DNA of 63,540 bases, the filler included, from Pelomyxa schiedti (taxonomy: Eukaryota > Protista > Evosea), in NCBI GenBank assembly GCA_020536535.1. It is 8 parts of 8 records of this genome, joined end to end, with 100 filler letters (N's around TTAATTAATTAA, not from the genome) between each part and the next. Parts side by side here need not be neighbours in the genome. Positions count along the whole stretch, not along the records: positions 32,240 to 48,345 come from JAHLWZ010001147.1; positions 48,446 to 49,696 come from JAHLWZ010002652.1; positions 49,797 to 55,498 come from JAHLWZ010000368.1; 5 more parts are not named here. The stretch is one strand, 5' to 3'. The notes beneath the pieces are model-generated. The model ran no database searches. It saw only the letters and a program-made list of their open reading frames with translations, and was not told the origin of the DNA. The first letter of the stretch is position 1. Each line of letters starts with the position of its first letter. Positions 38,575-51,007 of this stretch are shown here, in pieces. A program made the position numbers and the translations under genes.

Positions 38575-39129
38575 TTAAAACCCAAGTCGGAATTTTCAAC
38601 CCAAGTCGGTATCGACAGATTTCCTGTAAATTTAATTCGCCCAGCCTTCTTTTCGTTGTCTCTCACTGTTTTTCTTTTTAGCAGTAACACACCGTCGGCA
38701 GCGACCCCAAGTCGGAGATAAGAGGTGTCTCCTGAGCGTTCTCGTACCCTCTCACCGTTTCTTTTTTCTTTTTCGTTTGAACCAAGGCATTTTCAATATT
38801 TAAAACAACTGACTGAAGTCAGTAAGACAGTGGAGAAAAGGCTTTTTTGTTTATTGATCAGAAACAAATGCCATAAAGAAATAAACACCAGACTGTCGCG
38901 TTTGTAGACGGAACGTTTAATTAATTATGTTGAGAACATAACAACAAGAAAAAATAATTCTGTTCTGGTCTGTTGTTATTTGATGCTGCCAAATTTTGTG
39001 ATGGACAGTCCGGTATTTACCGGAAACTGAGGATACCGACTTGGGTTAAAAATTCTGACTCGGTTTTTTTTTTCCAACTCGGGTTTTAGTTTTGTGGCTC
39101 GGGTTTTTGTTTTGTGTCTCGGTTTTTAA
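38575..39129. mobile_element. MITE-like element with long imperfect inverted repeats bounded by TTAA
   Basis: 38577-38631 (ACCCAAGTCGG twice) is inverted at about 39015-39068. Extra CTCGG(G)TTTT repeats at the right end; TTAA at 38575 and 39126. Confidence 0.55.
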
Positions 39130-39381
39130 GGGGTGCTAGGGCCCCGCCCTACAACCTGCTGTTTTTTTTGTCGTGTTTTGCTGTGCCTTCGACTGTTGTT
39201 ATTTGGTTTCTGCGGGTATTGTTGGGCCACCAGCAGGAGGTGCCACACAAAAGACAGGCAAAAATCAGACGGGCTGTCATATGAACGAGGGGAAGGGGGT
39301 CCAGGGGGAGGGGCGAAGCCCCGCCGGGGGGCAGGGGCGGAGCCCCGCCAGGTTGTAGGGCGGAGCCCTAGCACCCCCAGT
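39130..39381. mobile_element. Short element with 29-bp inverted repeats and GC-rich hairpins (Helitron/Helentron-type end)
   Basis: 39130-39158 versus 39349-39377 match 28/29 as inverted repeats. Hairpins GGGGCGAAGCCCC, GGGGCGGAGCCCC, TAGGGCGGAGCCCTA. Confidence 0.6.
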
Positions 39382-39639
39382 AAAAAAAAATACCTCCACA
39401 AAAAAAAATCCACCATCCCCCTGTCCTTTACCCTCTCCACATCATTTACAAGAAATTTTTTGGCTCTAGTTCCTTTTCCTGTTGCAGAGCCTCCGTAGTG
39501 TGACTGAATCTTAACAATTTTTTTTTCATTTCTTATTTTTATCCACGAATTACATGCACTTGAAGTTATTGATACCTTTTTACAATCCTGTAACAGTCAT
39601 AGATCAGATTACTCTCGTGCATACAATGGTATTAAACTT

Positions 39640-40330
39640 CACAGCAATCAAGAACTCCGAGTTTTACTGGCAATTTTAGCTGTGGATGGTGCCCCTATTG
39701 CTGCTTTATTTGAAACACACCATGTGCTTCTTGCTTCTGATCTGGCAACCAACTTGATTGGCACTGTTGATGATGTAACTGCGAGAACTAATTTGGCTGA
39801 CAGGCACCTGTGCAGAATCCTTTGGGAAATATTTGCTTCATATGGCAAGTCTATTCTGAGTTATGGTCTCCAGATGAACTTGATGAGCATGGCCACACAG
39901 CTGGAGAGAACAACACAGTGATGACTTAAGACAACTACACAATTTTGTCACTGAAACAAGGGAACACCTGAGTGAGGAGCAGACACAAATAGCAGCACAT
40001 ATTTTGCAAGCAGCTTTGGCAGACCACACAACAGCACACTGTTTCTTTATTCAGGCCAAAGCAGGATGTGGGAAGACATTCCTGGCTTGGTATTTGTTAT
40101 CCTCCTTGAGATTAGAACACCAAGTTGCTTCTACAGCATTTGCTGCTTGACAGTATGAACGTGGAGGTACAGCACACATGGTTTTTGGAATTCCAGTGCA
40201 AAAACATCTGGATATTGTTTCTCCTGACAGAATAACCTCCAACATAGCACTCAACAGTCAGAGGGCAGCATTGCTTTGAGCCACAACAGTGATATTTTGG
40301 GATGAGATGCCCATGGCAAACAAAACTACA
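39640..40330 (+). pseudogene. Helitron RepHel PIF1 helicase relic
   Basis: AKAGCGKT (Walker A), GGTAHMVFGIP, VIFWDEMPMANK (Walker B). In-frame TGA at 39919, 39922, 40148 and 40277. Confidence 0.85.
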
Positions 40331-42479
40331 AGAGCCTCATTGTTAAGGCACAATATTCTTCTTTGTACAACCACTGACATGTTTCCCAAGTCAGGAAAGG
40401 CAAAAGTCACAGACTATTACCCAGAGCAGCCAAATAGAAGACAGCGTCTTCAACTAAACAGTGTGCACTTCACATCAAGCTGGGGACACTATCAGTAACA
40501 GCAAAGATGGATTAGTGACTGCTGCTTTAACCAGAGGACAAGGAAGAGGAGGACAAAGAGGAGGAAGAGGAGGAGCAGACAATTACAGGGAATTTGCCTT
40601 TAGACATCAAACACACAGTCGTTTTTTGATGCCTCTACTAATTGAAGCATTACATTTGGGGGGTGTGCACATCATCTCACCCAGAACAATGGGGTGATCC
40701 AAATCAGTGGTGACATGGTTTCCACATTGGCAATTCTGGGCACAATCTTGGTTGATAACAACCCAAACTTGAGGGGAGAGGGTGGAAGTAACCTGGTGCA
40801 AGGTTGCATCTTGGTGAATGCCTTTATTTTCCTGCACAGCTGCAAGATCAGTTCTATGACAATTTACCTGAGGACATCCAACTTGAGCTGGACCAAGCTG
40901 GATATGTATGTGTAGCCACAGCAGCACATTTTCAGTTTCCACAAGCCCAAAACCCTTAAAATCAAGACACCAATCTTCCTTAATCTGTGAACAACAAAAT
41001 TTTATTGGATTTTTTTTGGACTCACTGTCCACGGCGCAAGCCAGGACCCCATTCTTGTCTTGATGTATGCTTCTGTGTATGTTGTGCTTGTACTAATGTG
41101 GGGATACTCACTCAATAACGGAAGACAGAAAGAGATGAATTCGATTGGAATAAAGGGTTCTATTGTTTGCCTTGTGTTTGTTGTTTATTTGTTTGCGTTT
41201 ATGTGTTTTTCGATGTGATTCTGAGCTTGGAGCGTCAAGCTTATAAAGGCCTTGAAATCGAGTCGAATGATCATGGAGATTTCCGTGAAGTTGATTTCCA
41301 AATTCGTTAAGTCCGCGCTGCTGACTCAGCACCTGAGTCTCTCAGTCCTGCGTTGCTTCAGCGGTTTGCATTGAAGAGTTTGCCTGTGGATTCACTGAAT
41401 CACACAACACACCCGCCAAAAAGTGGATACAAATTTTGGGTTTGCAAGTTTTGGAAAAAAGAAGAAGGAAAAAAATTACCATCTGGTGTGCGGTTGGTTC
41501 TATCCTGTGGCTATAGGTCTAAGTAAGTTCTATTGACTGGGTGGATTTCTCGTAATCTGTTGGGACCCTGAGGAGCTATTCGGGGGACACCTAAAACGGA
41601 CTCTCGTGCCCTTCTAAAGCTGGCATAACACCATTGTAGTTGTCTGAGCGAAAAGCAAAGTAATAAAGAATAAACTCTGGGGTTTGTGGTTGGGCTTCTT
41701 ACACACAAGTAAAACAAACAACCACCTTACACCCCAGCACCACAAACGTAGCCACCGATGTTGAAGCAGTGCCGCCAAGTCACCGCGCACAATTACCTCA
41801 ACTGGTACCATCGCCGACAAGGCTGCGGCCAGTGTGTTGCCGATTTCACCCCCCACCACCTTTGCCATGGTTGCCACAACAATCCCTGGCAACTACCTTC
41901 ACTGGCACACGCTAGAGCCGGTTGTATACAAATTTTTTTCCGTTGTATACAAATTTTTTCTAAGTCGATTTTTGTATACAAAATCCGCCGTGGGGAGTCC
42001 CAGAATTGGAGTGCAAAAGGGGGTGAAGGCTCCGTTTGGACGCAACCAGGGAAAAACACACCAAATGGACCCCCAAACCCACAGGCCGACCAAACTGACT
42101 GGTCCTTTTATTTCCTGGGTTTTGCAACAATTATTGTCTATTGAAAAAAGGGGGTTTTTTTTTTTTGTTGTGGTGGTGGCTTTTCACACAAGCATTGCCA
42201 GGGCGAGAGGAAAATCTACAATCCCTTTGCTGGAGCAGTAGTGTTTGTGGTTTGAGAGCGAAGATGAGGGTGCTGTGCCATCGGTTGCGTAGTCGACGAC
42301 CTTAATCGCTGCTGTAGTGTGTAGCTGTTACTTGCGGTGTGTGTCGGCTGGTTCCTTGGTAAAGCGGGTGAGGGTGAAACGGCAGGGTGTGTAGGCCGGA
42401 CAATGGCGGCGGCATTGGTAGGCGGCAACAAGTCAACCCGAGGTCTCTGAATACACCATGGTTAGTGCACCCGGAAATT

Positions 42480-44070
42480 ACAAAAGGGGTTCACACACCT
42501 TGGGCGGGGATCTGCGTGTTCGTCTGCGGTATTCATTCCATCTTGATATCCTGTTCCTTAATACTCGCACCATGGCATCCTGGCAGCATGACAGATGATA
42601 TTTTAAGATTTAGTGTCAAATGGCGGGATGGATGTGGGTGTGTGAACCCTAAATAAAAAAAGGAGGTGGAGTGCACACATACATGGCACGCTGAGGAACT
42701 TGTAATGTAGGCAACCTCATCTTGCTGCAGGTGCTTCTCAACGAGTTTGAATAGTGCACCATCGGAAATTGCTATGTTCTTTGTTTTGTCTGGGAACAGC
42801 GCTTCCAAATCGGGCTTAGGGCCGAGAATCAGATGAAGCCAAAAGATAAAAGGAACATTACTTTGATCTTGTCTTTGGTCCACTTTTTGAAAGATTTCAC
42901 TGCTGATAATTCCATCAGTCCTTCCAGTATTCCAGGTTCAATGGACCTCTCCAGAACTTTGTCCAGCTTCCCCCCAAGCAAGGCTGTGTTTTCAGTGGCC
43001 TGTACTCTAACGGTCATTGTTGTGGTATTACATGTACGATAAAGCTTTTTCTGACCTGAGTCTCAATACGGGTCGCCTACATGTATTCAAAAGGGTTAGG
43101 ATATCATTGTGTACCAGCATTGCCTTTCTTACCAGTTTCTCAAGACGTTCACTATCTTGTCGCCTTTCCAGGAGCAGGGCTTGGATGCCATCAATAATCT
43201 CTTTTACAGGTATCACCCCGTCTTGGTCTGTCTGAGATAGAGATCCCACCTCCGACGACAATTCGGTAGGCGTTTCAGCTGCATGATTATTGTTTGCACT
43301 CGAGTTTGCCAGGTCTGTGTGGGGATTATTGATATAACCTCTCTCAAACTCACACAGAGCGCCTTGTTGGAGCTGTTTGCCGTTTTGTTAGCACTCGAAG
43401 AGAAACGGCAATCCCGGCTGGAACTTCCCTAAACGGTTACAGTTAGGTGAGAGTGCAAGAGAGGAGAATACCACAGGTTTGAAGTAGTCCAACCTGTCTA
43501 TGGGGAGAGGTGTGCATCGTAACCATTCCAGCAGCGGACCTGCTTTGTGGAAGAATTAGTAGAGCGAAATAAAAACAAGAACACACCTCACCAGTACCGT
43601 GGGTCAGCCCACAGCTCACCTTGCAACCACATACCTGCATCATTCAATTAGAAGCGGAAAGCAGGGAAACAATCTTACCTTGAAGTAGCTACTGCTTGTG
43701 GGAAAAAATGAAGAGTGAGCCACAGCACGCACTTAACATACTAGAAAGTTCCCTAGCAAATCAGAGGTTAATTGTGGGAAAAGGTAGTGGTAGAGAGCAT
43801 ACTTTACCCCCAATCCAGCAGTATCCTGGTGCCGTGGGATGAGTTGCCAGATGAAGAGAGTTCGCGTTGGGTACACCACACAGTCAGTCTGTTTCCAAGT
43901 CAAAACGATAAAAAGAGTGGGGGAGCATACCTGCCTTAGGTCTGATGGAGTTGGGGGAAGACAAACAAAGATATCCACCTGCGTTATAGTTAGACTTGCA
44001 AAACGAGGTGAAGAACTTGGGGTAGGGCATACCGAAAGGTCTGGCCCACACTTGCCACTTCCAGCTGCTT
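42480..44070 (-). pseudogene. Spliced hypothetical gene or remnant in transposon territory
   Basis: Joinable exons (e.g. ...SEKALS|VQATENT.. via a GT-AG intron at about 43008-43038) and a coiled-coil segment; at least one stop; no recognised family. Confidence 0.35.
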
Positions 44071-44989
44071 AGAGGGAGGTACAGCGGGTGTTCTCACTGC
44101 AAGCAGGTGAGTATGAGGAAAGCAAGGAAGTATGAAACCTGAAATAAGGCATTACAAGCCCTTTCAACCACCACAACCCGTTGCCCTCTTCCACGCTCCC
44201 ACTCTGCTGACGCCGATCTGTATCTTTGGTTTTTTTTTCTTGTCTCTCTCTCTCTTTGCAAAGTTGCAGAAATCAAAAAAACAAACTTTTGACCGAAGAC
44301 CGACAATTGGTGGCACCAACACTGGCAACGTGGTGGGGCAAAGTATGGGGTTGTGGTGTTGTGGAAGGGTTGGTGGTGCCAAGGGCCTCCCAACGAGTTT
44401 CGGGTGTTGTTTTGGTGCCGATCGGTTGTTGACTCTGGTGTTTTCAACAACAAAGACCTAGAAGGTAGTTCTTTTTTACATCTTGGTTCCTCCTGAGCTC
44501 GCCTAAAGCAGTGTGTAGAAAGGTACCGAAAACAAAATGATGGTGTAGACATCTGCATTGCAGGTAGCAACACATCTTCTCATGTTCCCACTTTTTTTTT
44601 AAGTTCATTCCAACAGATATACAGGGTTCCAGTGTCCTACTGGCGACTGAACTAAGATCAGTTGCAAAGCTAAGGTGTCTGTCTTCTCTCACATGACACA
44701 GGTGGCGGACCTGCCGGCTGGACACAGGACAATACTGGCAGGTATACTTCCCTCCCCTCCTTTTTCCCCCCTTGATGTGCACCCAGACACCAGCTCGCTG
44801 GCACTCAGCAGACCTGCATTGCATCACCTTCCCTGCAGCTTTCTTACAGTGCACCCTTATGTTGGCAGCCATTGCCACACCCTTCTGCCATGGGATTGCC
44901 CCACGTTTGCCATCAAGCAACATAAAGTATTGACATGTCCTTACTCACTTATACTTCATTCTCATGTGTGGACAAGGGGGAACTTTCCT

Positions 44990-46800
44990 GCCAGACACCA
45001 TAATGGATTTAGCCCTTTGAGGTATGTTCTATTCTTCCATTTGGCTTTCATTCTAACTTGTAGCACAGGGAATCACACAACCAAGAACGCTGAGAGACCA
45101 ACTAGAATGCTGTCATTGTTGCAAGTCGGTTGCAGGCGCCAAGAAGAAATGGTACCCTCCTTCTACGCAACAGAGCCCCCAAAACCGAGAGAATAACCAT
45201 AGCAGGCATGTACCCCTTCCACTTTTCTCCCTCAGTCTCATGTGGGGCGCAGGAATCAGCACCAGTGTTTCTCAGAGTTGCCGGCACTGTGAAGTAACAC
45301 CTCATGGTCTATTCCTCTGTTTAGTTTATTTTGTATTCTAACTTGTGCAGGTAAACGTGCGAACTTTTTGTTCCACCCAGAACGCAAGGATATCAATGAA
45401 AAGGCACAACAGGCATGTTCTCTCTAGGCCGATTAACTTAATTCTCACCTACACACAGCAACTCTGGCTGAGCACAGCAGGAAGAAGCGGCTTCATTGCC
45501 TGCCCCAGCTACCCACAGTACTGATTTGGTTTGCCAGAACAGACACCCACCATCCTCTGTCTGTACCGCTAGTAATACTTCCGCACCCACCAGAATCACG
45601 GTAATGTTGAACTTACCTACACTGTAACAAACTTATCACTTTGAGGTATATTCCACCCCCATTTTGGATTTATTCTAACGCGAAACTCAGGGAAATTGAA
45701 CAAAACCCCTGAGGAGAATGCGGATACTCCACAAGAGCCAGTTGCCGGCACAAAGAGAATGGTACTCTTTGTACTTTTCTTCCCCAGTCTCATGTGTATG
45801 TAGCGCAGATTTCAGCCCCACTGCTTCACTGCAAAGTAGCACCATCATAGGTTATTCCCCTATTCCATTTATGTTGGATTCTAACTTGTGCAGATAAGAT
45901 TTTCTGTTCCACCAAGAACGCAAGGAACTCAGTCAGGTTACCCTCTTCATTTGTACAACAATCTCACCTGTTGTAGGAGCTAACCTGACCTTCGCAATTA
46001 CAGCAATGAAAACACACAGCCGGCACGTTCGCACTATACCTACTGCATTTATTCTCACCTACACACAGAAGCAACTCTGTCAAAGCACTCGCGAGAAGTG
46101 GCTTCATTGCTTGCCCTGCACACTCACATCCCTGTCCAGTTTCTGGCCGAAGCTTGCTTGGCTTTATGGTCCTTGCTGTCACCACCCTGTTTCTATGCCC
46201 AGCAAACAAGCAGCACCACTCTGAATACTGCCGCACCAGATTCAGTGGGCCAGCCAAATACTCTACCACAGCTGCTTTACAAAGTTGTAGGCGCTGTGAA
46301 CTAGCACTGCATAGGTCTATTCTGTTCTATTTATGTTGTATTCTAACTTGCCCACAAGATAAACCTGAGAACTCTCTGTCCCACCAAGAACGAAAGGAAC
46401 TCTGACAGGTTGACCTCTTCATTTTGTGCTGCAAACTCACCTATTTTAGGAACTAGGTTGACCTTTGCACTGATATCAGCAGGTATGCTCTCTCTAGGCT
46501 TATTAATTTTATTCTCACCTACACACAGCAACAATTTTGGCTGAGCACTGCTAAGAAGCGGCTTCATTGCTTGCACCTGCACGGAACCACCTCCCGACCT
46601 AGCTGCAGCAGTGCTGCCATGGGTTGCCTGAGCCGGCACCCACCATCCTGTGTCTGTGCCACCTGCTAGTAATAACATGCTGCCGCACCAGTACCTACCT
46701 GCACCCTGCACCCACCAGAATCTCGATAGCACTTGCCGGCACAGGCAAATGGGATGCACCACTCTGCCGCAATGTGGCAGCCTCGCTGGTGGCCCAGATA
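44990..46800 (+). repeat. Tandemly duplicated, diverged exon-intron modules
   Basis: ATTCTCACCTACACACAG at 45441, 46051 and 46511; repeated TTCTAACTTG branch/acceptor and CCACCAAGAACG motifs. Confidence 0.75.
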
Positions 46801-47240
46801 GCAGCACCACAACAACAGATCCTTTCTTTTTTTCTAACCAAAATGTTGGAGGCAACCAACCTTCACCACAGCCAACAAAAAGAAAAACTACAATGATGAT
46901 AAAACTCTTGTCCACACTTCTGATCAAGTAAGAGAGTAAAATCAAGGATGTTTGTCCCACAAGTATGGCCCAGAGGAAAAACGGAGGTTCATTTGTTCAA
47001 TTGTTGGGCAATTCGTGGGAACACCCCCAAATCAGGTTGCAAGGAACATTGCATTGAAATGATGTAAGACCACATCTTTGGCATTCTCTCAGTGTCTCAA
47101 TGACTCTTGACCTTTATTTGGCTCCAAAATCAGCAAAAGCAGAGGCAAGCTTTTTGCCATAAAAGTGTCGCTGTGGTTGTCACTCAGATTCGGCAAGCCC
47201 TGCCTCTGCAATAGTTTGGGGGGCACGCGATGTCGCGCGA

Positions 47241-47373
47241 CATCAACAGTTGTCGCGCGATCACAACAGTTTGGGGGTGCGCAATGTCGCACAACACCAA
47301 ACTTTTGTGATCGCGGGGGGCAGGCGACGTCACGCGACACCAAACTATTGTGATCGCGCGACAACTGTTGATG
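47241..47373. repeat. CpG-rich foldback (34-bp inverted repeat)
   Basis: 47241-47274 versus 47340-47373 match 33/34; internal TCGCGCGA palindromes. Confidence 0.85.
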
Positions 47374-47418
47374 AGTCAAATGACACAGAATAGCTTAGCA
47401 AACACACACACACACACA

Positions 47419-48067
47419 CAACACACAAACAGTACAGTACCCAACCACCGGAACCAATATTGTTTTATGTTTTATGTGTGCAGGTCACTGGGACAAGGGT
47501 ATCAATGGATAGAGATTTCCTTTGTAAAAAATGCTATGCAACCTCCACAATTCAGTTACATGCCAAACAAACAGAATGGGTGATGTGCGTGTTCTTCACT
47601 CACCTCTTAGCTTTAAAACCCTCTAGGTATTCACAAACTTTGTACATAAGCAGCCAGTTGAGGAGTTCAACATCGCCATTCCAAATGGACAACCAAGAGT
47701 GTACTTGGACTTTTGAGCAGTTTGGTGCTGATGAAGCACAGACCCTCTATTCCGCTGTCCACAAATGCTCCATTTCTATGAAACGCTTCCTGGGCTCATA
47801 ATATTTGTAGTTTCTTCTTTTTTTTATCTGATCTGATTATGTACAAAGTTTGTGAATACCTAGAGGGTTTTAAAGCTAAGAGGTGAGTGAAGAACACGCA
47901 CATCACCCATTCTGTTTGTTTGGCATGTAACTGCATTGTGGAGGTTGCATAGCATTTTTTACAAAGGAAATCTCTATCCATTGATACCCTTGTCCCAGTG
48001 ACCTTCACACATAAAACATAAAACAATATTGGTTCTGTTGGTTGGGTACTGTACTGTTTGTGTGTTG
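47419..48067. repeat. About 231-bp inverted duplication
   Basis: 47419-47649 is the reverse complement of 47837-48067 with a few substitutions. Confidence 0.9.
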
Positions 48068-48445
48068 TTGTTGTTGTTCATTGTTTGCCACACTGCTTGA
48101 ATCAGGAGATGTTTGTCTGCTTTCCAGCAGGTCACTGGGTGGTCAGGGAGGGCTTCTGGGAGTAACTTCGTTAAGTGGAGCTTGTATGCAGGATTCTCGA
48201 AGGTCCATCTTGGGGGTCTATTCCTGTTCCATACAGTCTTGGGCTTTGGGGATACAGTTCCAGGTCCATGGTGTTGTTTTCCCATGTGAATTGGACTTTG
48301 GACATTCGTCCTTCCATAATGATTTGTGGGTGGGGTTTAGGGATCNNNNNNNNNNNNNNNNNNNNNNNNNNNNNNNNNNNNNNNNNNNNTTAATTAATTA
48401 ANNNNNNNNNNNNNNNNNNNNNNNNNNNNNNNNNNNNNNNNNNNN

Positions 48446-49533
48446 TTCTACAATGGTATACTTTACATCAGAAAAAAATTGAGCCAGTTTTGGCACTTCG
48501 TAAAAATCTGCAGGATGCATGTGAGCTTCGAACCATTCCAAGCCTAACAGGAGTCAGGTTACGTTATAGAATGTGAAAACAATACTGTGCTGTCTGGTAC
48601 CAAAACCAGAAATCATGTATTTTCGAGTGCTTGGTGCTTCTTTAAGGGTGATACCGCATCTAGGGGAGTATAAATTGAATGAAACAACTGGGTTCAAAGG
48701 AGGGAATGCGTGATAGCATTGCTCGTCAAGTGGGTTCTCTTCAGTAGTGGCTGTAGGTGAAGAGGAACTAGGAGTAGGAAGAGTCGTTGCAGCTGAACGC
48801 CTATTGGAAACCTCCGTTTCTAACGCTGCAAGTAGTCGCTGTAGAACTTGATGTTTTGCAGGCATGGGTGGGAGGAATTGAACTGACACTGTGCTAAATC
48901 CTAAGCCCCATAGCAAACTTACAACATCAGCAATGTCATGGCCCTCGGAGAAGTAAAACATAGGATCACCCTCACACGCAATGTGTAGAATTTTTGCAAA
49001 CTGTGCAGCACCAGACAGAGCCTAACCAGTGTGAGGAGATGGAAAATATAGAAAGAAGTTTCAGTGAAATGAAATATACATACAGGTCCAATTCTAGAGA
49101 ACGGAACACTTGCGCCCCCAGGGAGCGCACACGTGGAGCAGTGAAGGCACCCATTGCCACACGCATCAGTCAAACTAACAGAAATATCCAAAGAGCGAGG
49201 GCTAGGCTCCACGAGTGACCTTACCAACTCGTCGGGATCCCGATGTGGCGTAGATGTGCCCACGGTTGTTGCCGTAACGCCCGGGCCGCTCGTGGTGGTA
49301 ACGTCAGTTGTATTAACGACAGTCGCAGTGTCGCCGCTGAGAGATCTATCAGAGTTTACGGCCAGCCAAGCGCGGCATAGTTTGACTAAGAAGACCGCCT
49401 CATCGACGTCCTCCACATTGTGGGCAAACACGATTCCTGCGTCAATAGCCCTCCTTATTAACTCAGCGCACTTTGGTCCTATATGTTGTGCAATACGATA
49501 AACGTCTTCGTTGTGATCCGCTGCAGTCGCCAT
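48446..49533 (-). CDS. Radical SAM domain protein (3' end truncated by gap)
   Basis: ISVSLTDACGNGCLHCS gives CxxxCxxC. After a GT-AG intron (about 49023-49083) comes ILHIACEGDPMF, the equivalent of the GGE motif. Confidence 0.8.
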
Positions 49534-49817
49534 TCGAGCAGTTAAGATCCAACAATTTTCGGTTTTTCGAATTCGATTTGGGTAAATAAAAAAAACACCA
49601 GACCATCGGGTTTCTAAAGTTTAGGTTTTGTTGCTAATCACAACAGATTCGATTAGATCGGTGCACATCAAATTCAAAGAATAAGAGGTGATCGAANNNN
49701 NNNNNNNNNNNNNNNNNNNNNNNNNNNNNNNNNNNNNNNNTTAATTAATTAANNNNNNNNNNNNNNNNNNNNNNNNNNNNNNNNNNNNNNNNNNNNTTGA
49801 AAGCAACCCATCATCAA

Positions 49818-50173
49818 ATGGCCACCGCAAGCGCGGGCAGTGAGGTTGGGCGATGGGAGTGGTTCGATGCCGTGTATCAAGGCGACATCGACACAATGCG
49901 GGTTCTTCTGGACGGCGACCGCGGCCTCCTCAACTCTGTGGATGACAAGCAACAAAGAGTGGTGTGCCAAAACCAATCAACCTTTTTGGTTACTTTGTTT
50001 GTCTTTTGGTTTGAGATGGTGTGGCTGTGCGGGCTGAAACCCCTTACTTACTTTTTTTTTCTCCTCACACTTTATTGCCACACACACAGACGGCGTTGCA
50101 TGCAGCGACGTGGAGAGGGAATGAACGATGCGTTGAGTTCCTGTTGTCAATGGGTGTTGATGTCAATTCCCAG
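49818..50173 (+). CDS. Ankyrin-repeat protein, 5' exons
   Basis: WFDAVYQGDIDTMRVLL; TALHAATWRGNERCVEFLLSMGVDVN. Confidence 0.8.
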
Positions 50174-51007
50174 GTTTATACACTTTATTTCGGTGTGCCA
50201 TTCCTCATCACTTCCCAGATTGTGTGTACATAGCACTCCTTAATATGTTTACAGCATTCCTAATGAAAAAAACCGAAATCCTCTCCCAGGGCAATCCTGT
50301 ATGTACACAGCCTTAGCTCAACCATTATTATTGCATTGAAAGTCACTGACTTCTTACTTTCCTTGCTTCTGGCATTTCTAGCATGTATGTAATGCACATC
50401 GCTTTCAACTGTTCTGACAACATATTTAGCTTGTGTGTAACCACCCTATACGTTGTTTCTATGATTTGTCAATTCCACTTACTTCCTTCAATTTCCCTCC
50501 TTGCTTGCCCCTATGTGGCATGTTTAGTCTGTGTGTATCTTCCATTTCCCCACCCACACACCTTGTGTTAATTCCCTCCTTGCCTTTATCTAGTTTGTGT
50601 GTATCCAGCTCCCCCAGAGCCATTGTTTTAGCCATCAGTTTCTCACTTTTTTTTCAATTTCATTCACTCCTTTCTCCCATCTGGCACGTTTAGTATGTGT
50701 GTAGTTACCCCAGCCCTTTTGTTTTTTTTTTTCATTTATCAATTTCTCCGTTTAGGATGTATGTATCCACCCACCCCTTTTTTTTGTTTTTCATCCGTCC
50801 CACTGCCTTTGGATGCTTTTTATTGCCTATTAGGGAGTATGTGAACACATCCCACCAACCCCCCTGCATTTTGTTTCTAACTTTTTGGGATTTATCTTGA
50901 TTCTTTTTCCCTGTAGACTGTATGTGCTCACTTTGGTTCCTACTTTGTGCTTACCAATTCATTTTAGAAGGTATGGTTTTCTTTTCTTGTCATCATTGAT
51001 TACCGAA

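Noticed and set aside
39919-40279. TGA reassignment or readthrough
   Set aside because: In-frame TGAs are confined to decayed elements, and intact genes end in TGA (2667, 54829).
44990-47373. CRISPR-like arrays
   Set aside because: Repeats are irregularly spaced, correspond to intron ends or foldbacks, and no cas genes are present.
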